A DNA stretch of 64,000 nucleotides from Smithellaceae bacterium (lineage in GTDB: Bacteria > Desulfobacterota > Syntrophia > Syntrophales > Smithellaceae), in assembly GCA_963667845.2 (NCBI GenBank), contig CAXXVL010000002.1, positions 2,816,001 to 2,880,000 of the forward strand, given 5' to 3'. Positions within the stretch are counted from its first letter, which is position 1. Each line of letters begins with the position of its first letter. The notes beneath the pieces were generated by a model that worked only from the letters and a program-made list of their open reading frames with translations, did no database searches and had not been told where the DNA came from. This document shows, one piece after another, positions 40,543-49,018 of the stretch. The position numbers and the translations under genes are program-made.

Positions 40543-41883
40543 ATGCTAAAAATGAAAAAAATAATTTCTGCGCTTTCCATGATGCTTTTTTTACAAGTTG
40601 CACTGGCATGTCTGAATACAAGCACAATAGCTGCTAATGCTGGCATGGATCAGAAGCCTCTTCTGGCACCATCTTCAACAGCACAGAAATTGTATTCTTC
40701 CGCCAAAAATGATCTTTTGCAATTGCGAGTCCTGATCAGGAGTGGACGCGTCCAGAAGTCTGTAGGATCAGGGTTCCTGATTGGTACCAGCAATTTGGTT
40801 GTAACCAACTATCATGTAGTTTCAGAAATTGCTTTAGAGCCGGATATCTACATTGGCGAATTTGTAGACACCCATAACGAGAGGGGTCCGGTGGAACTGC
40901 TTGCGGTAGATGTTCTACACGACCTGGCAGTCGTGCGCATTAGTCGCAAAGGTAATGGTAATTTTAATATTCCAGAAAAACTTACCAGACTTACACAAGG
41001 GCAATATCTATACTCACTCGGCAATCCACTTGACCTGGGATTTGCGATTTCTGAAGGAACTTATAACGGTATCAGCAAGCGTGATTTTTATGAACATTTG
41101 ATGTTCACAGGTCCGATTAATCCGGGTATGAGTGGAGGTCCGTGTATCACAGTTGACGGGCAATTGGCTGGGGTGAATGTATCCAGTGTATCGGGTGGCG
41201 AACTGGCAAGTTTTCTGGTGTCGGCCCGGTATGTACAAGAACTGCTGAAAAAGGTCGATCCACAGCAAAAGGCACCGCAGGAATTCAAGGCAACAGTGGG
41301 ACAGCAGTTGCTGGCACATCAAGTTGTTATGGTGAATCGACTATTTGATAAGCCGCTGACTATCAAGACATTGGGGCCATACCAGGTGCCGGTAAGGGAA
41401 TCAGATCAAATGCGTTGCTGGGGTCAATCCAACGACAAGCAGAATAATCTCTTCACGCTTGACCAAATGACCTGTGCAATGGGATCGTCCATTTACGTTT
41501 CAAACAAGTTGATAACCGGTTGGGTGTCGATAAACCATCAATTTACACGCAGCACTGAACTTGACTCATTGCGTTTTTCTGAGATGGCCAGTAGTTCATT
41601 AAAAAATGTAAAATTCGGCAATCACAAAGATCGAAACCGGACCGGCCCGTTGTGTACCGAACAATTCTTAAATAATAAGAAACTATCCATGCGGGCCGTG
41701 ATTTGTGTGCGTGCCTACCGAAAATTTGAGGAGTTGTATGACTTCAAGGTGTTGACATCCACAACCGATGAAAGTTTGATGAATTTAGAGAGCCGATTGG
41801 ACATCATGGGTGTTTCTTATGAAAACGGGCTGCGCGTCTCACAGATTTTTCTTGAATCAATAGGACGGGAGAAAAAGCCATGA
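40543..41883 (+). CDS. Exported trypsin-like (S1) serine protease with Cys-containing C-terminal domain
   Basis: Signal peptide; GSGF, TNYHVV (His), DLAVV (Asp), NPGMSGGP (Ser); no PDZ evident. Confidence 0.88.
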   Translation: MLKMKKIISALSMMLFLQVALACLNTSTIAANAGMDQKPLLAPSSTAQKLYSSAKNDLLQLRVLIRSGRVQKSVGSGFLIGTSNLVVTNYHVVSEIALEPDIYIGEFVDTHNERGPVELLAVDVLHDLAVVRISRKGNGNFNIPEKLTRLTQGQYLYSLGNPLDLGFAISEGTYNGISKRDFYEHLMFTGPINPGMSGGPCITVDGQLAGVNVSSVSGGELASFLVSARYVQELLKKVDPQQKAPQEFKATVGQQLLAHQVVMVNRLFDKPLTIKTLGPYQVPVRESDQMRCWGQSNDKQNNLFTLDQMTCAMGSSIYVSNKLITGWVSINHQFTRSTELDSLRFSEMASSSLKNVKFGNHKDRNRTGPLCTEQFLNNKKLSMRAVICVRAYRKFEELYDFKVLTSTTDESLMNLESRLDIMGVSYENGLRVSQIFLESIGREKKP

Positions 41884-42860
41884 ATGCGCCTTTTTTTGTG
41901 GAAATACTTTCCCAAAGTCGAGAAGTGAAATACCGGCATAAGGCGAACTCGTTGCCGATACGCATCGGACGTGCATATGACAACGATGTTATTCTCGATG
42001 ATCCACACATCTCGGCTCATCACGCTCTGATAGAACAAACTGCCGCTGGTGAATTAATGATACGGGATTTGGACAGTCGTAATGGAATTATGTGTAAAGG
42101 TTCACGCCAAGCGGAAATGCTAATAGACGGTAAAATGAGTTTCCGGCTTGGACATACCTCTCTACGAGTTCGCTTTGCCGATTTTCCAGTTGCGGCTGAA
42201 ATCACAGATTCTACTTTTTATAACTGGGAAGGTTTTCGTCCGGCGTTGGTTGGTCTGATCATTATTGTGTTGCTTGCTGTTTTCAACAGATGGATTGTCG
42301 ATACCCAAAAATTTGAGGTGATTCCCTATCTCAGACTTAATGCCGCATGGCTTTGTGTCGGACTGGCATGGTGCGGAATTTGGGCATTTGCTAACCAACT
42401 GTTTGGTCGTAATACACGATTTGGGCGTCACTTATTCATTTTGGGATGTGGAATTGCAGCAATTCAAATTTGGATCATTTTCAGTGCCGTCATGGCATAT
42501 GCTTTTTCTTTGGAAATTGTTACTCGTTACAGAAGTCACCTTGTAATTGCCATTTGTGCGGTCACTGTGTTTTTCCATCTATTGACTATCAATCCTCATA
42601 GTCGCCGTTATTTTGCATTAACCTGTGTCATACTGGCAGTGCTTGGCTCTGGATTAATGCTGATGTATAATTACTCCGGCACAGGTCGGCTGGCGGATGA
42701 ACTGTATATGTCTGAGCATTTTCCACCTGTGGTACGCCAAAGTTCTGACAAGCCCGTCACTCAAATTATCAGCGATACAAAAAAACTAAAAACAAAAGCT
42801 GACGAGGCGCGCACCAGGTTGGATGGTACTGAAGAAGAGGATACAGAGAATAAGAATTGA
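41880..42860 (+). CDS. FHA-domain multi-pass membrane protein
   Basis: IGRAYDND...ISAHHA...DLDSRNG FHA motifs then about 5 TM helices; ATGA overlap with the protease stop. Confidence 0.88.
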   Translation: MNAPFFVEILSQSREVKYRHKANSLPIRIGRAYDNDVILDDPHISAHHALIEQTAAGELMIRDLDSRNGIMCKGSRQAEMLIDGKMSFRLGHTSLRVRFADFPVAAEITDSTFYNWEGFRPALVGLIIIVLLAVFNRWIVDTQKFEVIPYLRLNAAWLCVGLAWCGIWAFANQLFGRNTRFGRHLFILGCGIAAIQIWIIFSAVMAYAFSLEIVTRYRSHLVIAICAVTVFFHLLTINPHSRRYFALTCVILAVLGSGLMLMYNYSGTGRLADELYMSEHFPPVVRQSSDKPVTQIISDTKKLKTKADEARTRLDGTEEEDTENKN

Positions 42861-42919
42861 TGATTTCTCTAGAAGTAAAAAATATTTTTGCTTTTATAGA
42901 TATAGATAAACGTCGATTA

Positions 42920-43114
42920 GAAAAAGAATGCTTTCCTGACACCCCCCCAGGATGACTTCCAAGCAGAAGTAGCCGGAGTGTTTGGTTCCATATCCCTTCC
43001 ATCCGTGCATTACACGTCCAAAATAAATTCTGCCTTGGAGACCCCACCCGTCATGTTAAAAATTAAGTTTCGGCCACAAAAACACTCTCCAGAAAATTTC
43101 AAAAAAAATAGAAA
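42920..43114. repeat. Diverged ~190 bp direct repeat, copy 2
   Basis: Collinear with 40107-40298. Confidence 0.75.
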
Positions 43115-43239
43115 TGAGCTGGGCTGAAGGATTGATGCTGATAGAAGAATTGCTGATATTGATAATTTCCGGTTGAGGATGCTTTCGCTTTTCATTCTGC
43201 TTCAAAAGGAGTAGGATGCGTAACACGTTTCGGAGACAG

Positions 43240-43278
43240 ACCTAATAAATACCTAATAGGGTACATACATTGTTCGCT
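43240..43278 (+). other. Candidate attI-like site
   Basis: ACCTAATA direct repeats (43240-47, 43251-58), then GGTACAT-ACATT-GTTCGCT; the GTT box (43272) lies just before the first cassette ORF and is not part of an attC palindrome. Confidence 0.45.
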
Positions 43279-43285
43279 GTGAGGC

Positions 43286-44014
43286 ATGCTGATGCCCGAA
43301 AGAATAGCCGAATACTGCAAGAATAATTTGAGTCTGCAAGACGCTAAGCTTGGTGAAGAATACTTCTATCTTAGTCTACCATTTTGTATCATTGATGCTG
43401 TCTACTCCCTAGCCGCTAGATATAGCTCCACTAGAAATGTTGTGATACGTTTTTGCAATATTGAAGGATTGCAACGATTAAAACTGGTTAGGTCATCTTA
43501 CCCTGAAATTTCAGATCAATATTCAGTAAAGCAGTTTGATGATGCACTTTCTCGTTATGATGATTATGGCAAAATTGCTTCGGGATTATTTAACAACCGG
43601 CAACGAACATCAACAAGAAATGGAATTCTTAAAGCAGAAGCTGTGCATAGATTTGCACAAGTTCTCTTGCGTCATAATGTAAACTATTTCCAAGATATTC
43701 AAAAGGTTTTCCAAAACCATCACTTTGAATCAGATATTTGCTCCATACCCGGACAGACACATGGAACATCACTCACATATTTCTTTATGCTTTCGGGTGA
43801 GGAAAACTTGATCAAACCCGATCGGATGGTTGTGCGTTTTTTACAGCGCATCGTTGATAAACAGATAAGCGTGCAAAGTCCTCATGAATGGTTGTCAAAA
43901 GCTTTGCTGATCCTTAATGAAATTTATCCCACATTGACATTGCGGCAATTAGATCATGAAATATGGAAATATGAACAGTCATGGCGACCAATTAAATACA
44001 GATGTTTCGGCTGA
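43286..44014 (+). CDS. Cassette 1: HhH DNA-glycosylase-like hypothetical protein
   Basis: SL..C..DAV.S, IPGQ..G.S..YF.ML.G....KPDRMV.RF and LDH.IW resemble the HhH-GPD hairpin plus catalytic Asp region. Confidence 0.6.
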   Translation: MLMPERIAEYCKNNLSLQDAKLGEEYFYLSLPFCIIDAVYSLAARYSSTRNVVIRFCNIEGLQRLKLVRSSYPEISDQYSVKQFDDALSRYDDYGKIASGLFNNRQRTSTRNGILKAEAVHRFAQVLLRHNVNYFQDIQKVFQNHHFESDICSIPGQTHGTSLTYFFMLSGEENLIKPDRMVVRFLQRIVDKQISVQSPHEWLSKALLILNEIYPTLTLRQLDHEIWKYEQSWRPIKYRCFG

Positions 44015-44028
44015 TTTTTTCGTTTGCG
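43983..44028 (+). repeat. attC 1 (internally deleted, degenerate)
   Basis: Retains AATACAG and the right half CGGCTGATTTTTTC-GTTTGCG; central loop missing. Confidence 0.6.
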
Positions 44029-44054
44029 AAAAAAAATAATTAAAGGGAGTAAGC

Positions 44055-44909
44055 ATGGCGGCAACCATAAAGGAGAACGCCAGTATTATATTGGCAAGTC
44101 TCTATACGGAATCGAAGAAACTTGGACAGCAAGACGAGATCGATGGGCATCATATACAAGAGTTGACCAAGCTTGCCCCAGACCAAATAAACGATGCCGT
44201 AGCCATATTACGTGACAATGGGTATGTCGAGTGGCAGCAGTTTTTGGGTACCGCCCCCTTTGAATTCGGCTATGTTGAGATAACTCCGCGGGGAAAGGCG
44301 GAATATGAAAGAGCCATTGAGCAGAGCAAAAATAGGCATACGGTTTCTGCAATCAATCCGGCAACAACTCCTGTGGGTTCCCCGTATGGGTTTCAGGATA
44401 GCGATTGGGAGCTAGTTGCAGAAAGAAAGAACGAACGGGGTAAACTGTTTGTTGTAGTGGGCTACCAGTTCACGTCTTCTTACTATACATCTGGAGATCT
44501 CGTCATGAATCTTCGGAATCACTTCGAAGCCGCAGTCAAGAGGTATAATGCGCTGCCGACATCTTTGCATGTTGAACTTGAATTCAGTCCTCTCGCCGCA
44601 GGCTATGGAGAGCACCTTTTCAATGAGATATGCCGTGATATAATATGCGCAGACATTGCAATCTTCGAGACCTCAGACGTAAATCCAAATGTAATGCTGG
44701 AAATGGGCGTGGCTCTGACTTGGGGCGTCAGGGTATTGCCGATAAAGGCCAGTGGTTGTCCGAAGCCACCCTCTGACATTTCTGGGCAGACTTGGGCAGA
44801 CTACGAAGACAATGCCAATCATTTTGTTGACCGAGATCATGATCGCAAGATGCTACGAATGGTTGAAAGAGCAGCAAGGAAGAAAGGCGCGCTGAACATG
44901 CAGCAATAG
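44055..44909 (+). CDS. Cassette 2: wHTH-like domain fused to nucleoside 2-deoxyribosyltransferase/TIR-like domain
   Basis: N-terminal L...GYV...ITPRG wHTH pattern; C-terminal ADIAIFETSDVNPNVMLEMGVA and PSDISG. Confidence 0.65.
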   Translation: MAATIKENASIILASLYTESKKLGQQDEIDGHHIQELTKLAPDQINDAVAILRDNGYVEWQQFLGTAPFEFGYVEITPRGKAEYERAIEQSKNRHTVSAINPATTPVGSPYGFQDSDWELVAERKNERGKLFVVVGYQFTSSYYTSGDLVMNLRNHFEAAVKRYNALPTSLHVELEFSPLAAGYGEHLFNEICRDIICADIAIFETSDVNPNVMLEMGVALTWGVRVLPIKASGCPKPPSDISGQTWADYEDNANHFVDRDHDRKMLRMVERAARKKGALNMQQ

Positions 44910-44979
44910 TATTAACCCGAAGCTTAACAGTTCCAGTTATGTAATGTTGTGGCAGTGCTAAATAGGTAAATTGTAAAAA

Positions 44980-45033
44980 GGCACAGCGTCGCTCCAGCCG
45001 ATCGCTACGCTCCGGGTGAGCTTTTCGTTGAGC
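44980..45033 (+). repeat. attC 2 (R'' degenerate)
   Basis: GGCACAGC-GTCGCTCCAGCCGATCGCTACGCTCCGGGTGAGCTTTTC-GTTGAGC. Confidence 0.8.
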
Positions 45034-45052
45034 CTAAAATCGAGGTAAGAAT

Positions 45053-45442
45053 ATGTGTGAACACTGTCAGAAAACAATGAATAGAATATGGCCTAAGCTA
45101 CAATTAGGTAAACGCTATAGAACGCCTGATCTTTATAAAGGGAAAGACTTCTATATTGAAGAAAAAACAAATCAAACAATTAAGATCAGACCTCAACACA
45201 TCGCCATATCTAAAGAATCGTTCTTAGCTGCATTGCATTATCTCCTTCAAAACAAGCACAATTTTAATAATCAATGTGAGATTCGTTCATCCAACTCAAA
45301 AGAAACGGCAGGGCCACTTTGCCTTGCTTCGCGGGATAAAAACGCAACCATTCGTTGTATAAACTATATTTTGCCTATACTGCAAAATAACCAAATTGTA
45401 GGCATAGACCCAGTTCGACCGAATAAAACATGGCTTATTTAA
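45053..45442 (+). CDS. Cassette 3: hypothetical protein
   Basis: GAGG RBS; fills the space between two attC sites. Confidence 0.75.
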   Translation: MCEHCQKTMNRIWPKLQLGKRYRTPDLYKGKDFYIEEKTNQTIKIRPQHIAISKESFLAALHYLLQNKHNFNNQCEIRSSNSKETAGPLCLASRDKNATIRCINYILPILQNNQIVGIDPVRPNKTWLI

Positions 45443-45456
45443 TCAAGCATAGAAAT

Positions 45457-45511
45457 GCCCAACAAAGGCAATAAGCCGATCGCTACGATCCGGTTGATTT
45501 TTTCGTTAAGG
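45457..45511 (+). repeat. attC 3
   Basis: GCCCAAC...AAGCCGATCGCTACGATCCGGTTGA...GTTAAGG. Confidence 0.88.
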
Positions 45512-45521
45512 GGGAAAAGAG

Positions 45522-46343
45522 ATGAAATCAATCATTACAAAGAATGGACATTTTTATTTTATTATAATTCCGATTATAATTGCTTGCTGCTGCCAGACAG
45601 GCCATGCAGGCGCTAACTCACTTGTTAGCACCGATAAGGATAGCTATAATTATGGAGAAGTAATCAAGGTCAATTTTTCTAATGCGCTGGGCAAAGAATC
45701 AGATTGGATTTGCATCGTGCCGAGTGGCTCTCCAGATACCGAAGCAGGCGACTATAAGAATATGCCGAAGGGGTTGGTTGATGGTATTATAACCTTTGAC
45801 TCTCCCTCGCCAGGTAAATATGAAGTAAGAGCCTATTACGACTATAATCGTAAAGGATATGTGACGTCTGCACGACATAGTTTTTTAGTCATGAGCACCC
45901 CAGAATATGAAAATTCTAGTTCATATAAAGATGGAACGATTAAAAAAATATTTGATGCACCAGGCTATTCGAAAGACCAAATATTCGATGGAGCAAAAAT
46001 TTGGATATCGGAAAACTTCAGGTCTGCAAAGGCTGTTCTTGAATATGAGAACAAAGAAACCGGCATAATCATTGGCAACGGAAATATTCCATTCCCATGT
46101 CAGGGATGGAAATGCATGGGAACTGGCGGTTGGAAACTTAGTTTTACTATGCGCACCGATATAAAGGATCATAAATTTCGATTAACATTCACAAACCTTA
46201 GAGTATTTGGTACGGATCGCGGTTTATATGATGGGCCAATTGGCAGAGAAAGTACCTTCAATGAAGTTAAAGATAAACTATCTGATTTTGGCAATCAAAT
46301 GTTGGCATCATTCAGAAAAGAGAAAAGCAAAGACAATTGGTAG
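45522..46343 (+). CDS. Cassette 4: exported protein, Ig-like domain plus DUF4468-like domain
   Basis: Signal peptide; DWI.I...PG.YEVRAY; SKDQIF..AK.WI..NFRSAKAVLEYE.KE.G.IIG.G. Confidence 0.65.
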   Translation: MKSIITKNGHFYFIIIPIIIACCCQTGHAGANSLVSTDKDSYNYGEVIKVNFSNALGKESDWICIVPSGSPDTEAGDYKNMPKGLVDGIITFDSPSPGKYEVRAYYDYNRKGYVTSARHSFLVMSTPEYENSSSYKDGTIKKIFDAPGYSKDQIFDGAKIWISENFRSAKAVLEYENKETGIIIGNGNIPFPCQGWKCMGTGGWKLSFTMRTDIKDHKFRLTFTNLRVFGTDRGLYDGPIGRESTFNEVKDKLSDFGNQMLASFRKEKSKDNW

Positions 46344-46411
46344 AGCCAGAATTATACAACGGGTGAGACACTTCCAATACGAGAAGATGATTCTCTGAAT
46401 AAAAAAAGAAG

Positions 46412-46467
46412 GCATAACAAGGCCAATCCAGCCGATCGCTGCGCTCCGGCTGATCTTTTCGTTATGC
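46412..46467 (+). repeat. attC 4 (best-preserved site)
   Basis: GCATAAC-AAGGCCA-ATCCAGCCG-ATCGCTGCGCTC-CGGCTGAT-CTTTTC-GTTATGC; extra C in L'' as in canonical attC. Confidence 0.92.
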
Positions 46468-46485
46468 CAAATTCAAGGATAGTGA

Positions 46486-47238
46486 ATGCAACATAAGAGC
46501 AAGAATAAAAACTGGATCGCAATAATTGCCTTAGGAGTCTCTATTCTCAGTCTTGGCTATACGATCATAAACAGTCAAATTCAAACCCAGAGATTGCAAG
46601 ATAATGATTTTATTAATCAGAGCCTACAAAACAGACCAATTTTGTCTATAATAGGGAAGCCTGAAGTAAAGAGAGTAGAATATGACATACAAGCAGAAAT
46701 GTTAAATGGTAAGGTGATTAACTCAAGTGCAACTAAACTTAAGATCGATACGAAAATACGTATCAGAAATGATGGCAATACCAATGCACACTTAATCTTG
46801 TATGCTGTAACTGATCGTCTGTCTGGATTACCCGAGATAAGGGATGCCACCACCAGCAAGTTTAAGAATTTCCCTGGAAAGTTAGACATTGGTCTAATTA
46901 AAGACTACTATCAAACAGTAGACATTCTTCCAGGAAAAGAACATATTATTGAAACATCAAGACCTGTACAAAATATAAATGAGGGGCTGTTCAACATTCA
47001 TTATTACTTAGTTTACAAAAATGAAGTAGGAAATGTTTATGATACTTACTATTGGGCGAGATTTCGCTCAAAAGAGTTCAAGCTAAACCCGTCAGCAGAC
47101 AGTGACACTATCGAGAAAGCCCTTATGGGTTCAATCGTTTTTGTTGATGATCACTACTCATACAAAATTTTCAACAGAGAAGATTCTCTATATTTAAATA
47201 ATTTAAGAGAGTCGATTGAAAAGAACTCTAACAAATAG
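46486..47238 (+). CDS. Cassette 5: membrane-anchored hypothetical protein
   Basis: N-terminal TM (IAIIALGVSILSLGY); stop codon overlaps R''. Confidence 0.75.
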   Translation: MQHKSKNKNWIAIIALGVSILSLGYTIINSQIQTQRLQDNDFINQSLQNRPILSIIGKPEVKRVEYDIQAEMLNGKVINSSATKLKIDTKIRIRNDGNTNAHLILYAVTDRLSGLPEIRDATTSKFKNFPGKLDIGLIKDYYQTVDILPGKEHIIETSRPVQNINEGLFNIHYYLVYKNEVGNVYDTYYWARFRSKEFKLNPSADSDTIEKALMGSIVFVDDHYSYKIFNREDSLYLNNLRESIEKNSNK

Positions 47239-47293
47239 CATAACAAAAGCAATACACCCGATCACTACGCTCCGGATGATTTCGTTGTTATGG
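47238..47293 (+). repeat. attC 5
   Basis: GCATAAC...ATACACCCGATCACTACGCTCCGGATGAT...GTTATGG. Confidence 0.85.
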
Positions 47294-47320
47294 CTCACCA
47301 AGAATCGAAGATAGGATGTA

Positions 47321-48151
47321 ATGGATAGAATCCCTGTAAACGACACAATCATTTATTCCTTGGCTCGTCTAGTCGATGATGCCCAAAAAGAGAGAAGAGA
47401 TCCCAGTCATTCTGATCTTGAATTTCAGCTAAATAGGGCTGGCTTAATTCATGTTGATCCAAACAAAGATGGCTCCCCTGTGGGAAAAGCAAAAAGGCTA
47501 CGAATAGTGCTTAATTGGGCCATTGAAAATGACATCCAAAAAGCAGAAAAGTTAGCTGCTGGAATAATTTCTTCCGTTAAGGGATGTGGCGGATTCCGAA
47601 ACTCCTCTCCCAATTTTGTAGGTTCCGATGCAATTGCAGATTTAAGCTCCGCCTTGCGTCCAGAGGGATTTATCTTGGGCGAAGATGGTTCCATATCACC
47701 AGTTGCATTGGATAATCTGTCAGGTCGAAATCTGACTCAGGCGCTTCATGGGTATGTAAATAGGGCTAAAAAAGGAATTGAAGACGCAGCATTAGTAGTT
47801 GGCACAAGTAAAGACTTAATGGAGGCGGTGGCAGCCCATGTAATACAAGAGCTGTGGGGAAGCTACCCTTCCACGGCTAACTTCCCAAGTTTATTGGGGC
47901 AGGCATTTGTTGCACTTGATATGGCCACGCCGGAGCAGAAACCAGCTCAAGGTGAGCACCAGCGTTGTAGATTAGAGCGCTCGCTATATGAAACTGCCTG
48001 TTCAATTAATAATCTCCGAAATAAGCAAGGTGCTGGGCATGGTCGTCCGTGGGTGCCCGATTTGCGGGCCGCTGAAGCTAAAGCAGCAGTTGAGTTTATT
48101 GGAGCCATTGCTGAGCTTATGTTGGATAATCTTGAACGGAAAAAACCATAA
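47321..48151 (+). CDS. Cassette 6: abortive-infection C-terminal (Abi_C) family protein
   Basis: G.SK.L.E..A..V and IN.LRN..G.GHGR motifs. Confidence 0.8.
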   Translation: MDRIPVNDTIIYSLARLVDDAQKERRDPSHSDLEFQLNRAGLIHVDPNKDGSPVGKAKRLRIVLNWAIENDIQKAEKLAAGIISSVKGCGGFRNSSPNFVGSDAIADLSSALRPEGFILGEDGSISPVALDNLSGRNLTQALHGYVNRAKKGIEDAALVVGTSKDLMEAVAAHVIQELWGSYPSTANFPSLLGQAFVALDMATPEQKPAQGEHQRCRLERSLYETACSINNLRNKQGAGHGRPWVPDLRAAEAKAAVEFIGAIAELMLDNLERKKP

Positions 48152-48202
48152 CCAATCAGTACAGCGGACTCGCTGCGCTCCCCGTTGATTTCGTCGTTAA
48201 GC
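48146..48202 (+). repeat. attC 6
   Basis: CCATAAC (contains TAA stop)...ACAGCGGACTCGCTGCGCTCCCCGTTGA...GTTAAGC. Confidence 0.85.
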
Positions 48203-48236
48203 ACAAAAGGAACTGAATGCGATCAGGAGCTTGAAG

Positions 48237-48899
48237 ATGTCATCGACTGCAGAGAATAACCAAAAGGTTAAAATGGAGTTTATCGATGCTTTGTTTGATG
48301 ACTATGACAATAAAGCAAGCTATCTAATAGAGCTATACAAGAATGGTCGTCGGGATGAAGCGCGAATCCTATGCGCGTGCTATATTGATGGATTAGCATC
48401 CGCCTTATGTTGGCCAGGAGAGCGCAGCAACTACAACTATGTATGTATCCTAAAGGAACATGGTGGTAATGAAATATTCTCTTGCGTTCATCCAAAAATG
48501 CTCGATGACGCTCTGAATAAACTGTCGGAAAGGAATAAGTGGAAAACAATTTTGTTGATTGTTTCTGACAGGCTCCGCGTCGCTGAAGAACGGCTTTACG
48601 GAGAGGATGAAATACTTGAACTGTTTGTTCCCCACTTGAATGCTACTGAACTGGAACTTGTCCGCAAGGAATTATGGCGCGGCACGTTTGCCGCTATAAT
48701 CTACAACCGATTTCGCCTTGCTGCAATCCATGGCTTTGGTCCGCCGGATGGAACTACGTTTGATCGCACTACATTTCAAGGCGAGCCTGTCCCTGCCATA
48801 GATTTCTCCATGGTTCATGGTTGTCTTAAGCGAATTATAAGTGTTGCTAGAGAGATCTCGAATAATTCAGGTAAATGGTTTGGTCACGACTTTAAATGA
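48237..48899 (+). CDS. Cassette 7: hypothetical protein with HEPN-like R-x4-H motif
   Basis: Predicted helical; YIDGLAS N-terminal motif and IYNRFRLAAIHG; start TTG 48231 or ATG 48237. Confidence 0.55.
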   Translation: MSSTAENNQKVKMEFIDALFDDYDNKASYLIELYKNGRRDEARILCACYIDGLASALCWPGERSNYNYVCILKEHGGNEIFSCVHPKMLDDALNKLSERNKWKTILLIVSDRLRVAEERLYGEDEILELFVPHLNATELELVRKELWRGTFAAIIYNRFRLAAIHGFGPPDGTTFDRTTFQGEPVPAIDFSMVHGCLKRIISVAREISNNSGKWFGHDFK

Positions 48900-48929
48900 A
48901 ACAGATGTTGAAACTAAGACTAAATAAAC

Positions 48930-48994
48930 GCTTAACAAGGCGCTAGATCCAATCGCAGCCGTCTGGGCCGCTCCGGTTTAGCTTTCCGTTCGAT
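48930..48994 (+). repeat. attC 7 (longer-loop variant)
   Basis: GCTTAAC-AAGGCGCTAGATCCAATCGCAGCCGTCTGGGCCGCTCCGGTTTAGCTTTCC-GTTCGAT. Confidence 0.82.
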
Positions 48995-49018
48995 GAATTC
49001 AAATATTAGGAGAATACA

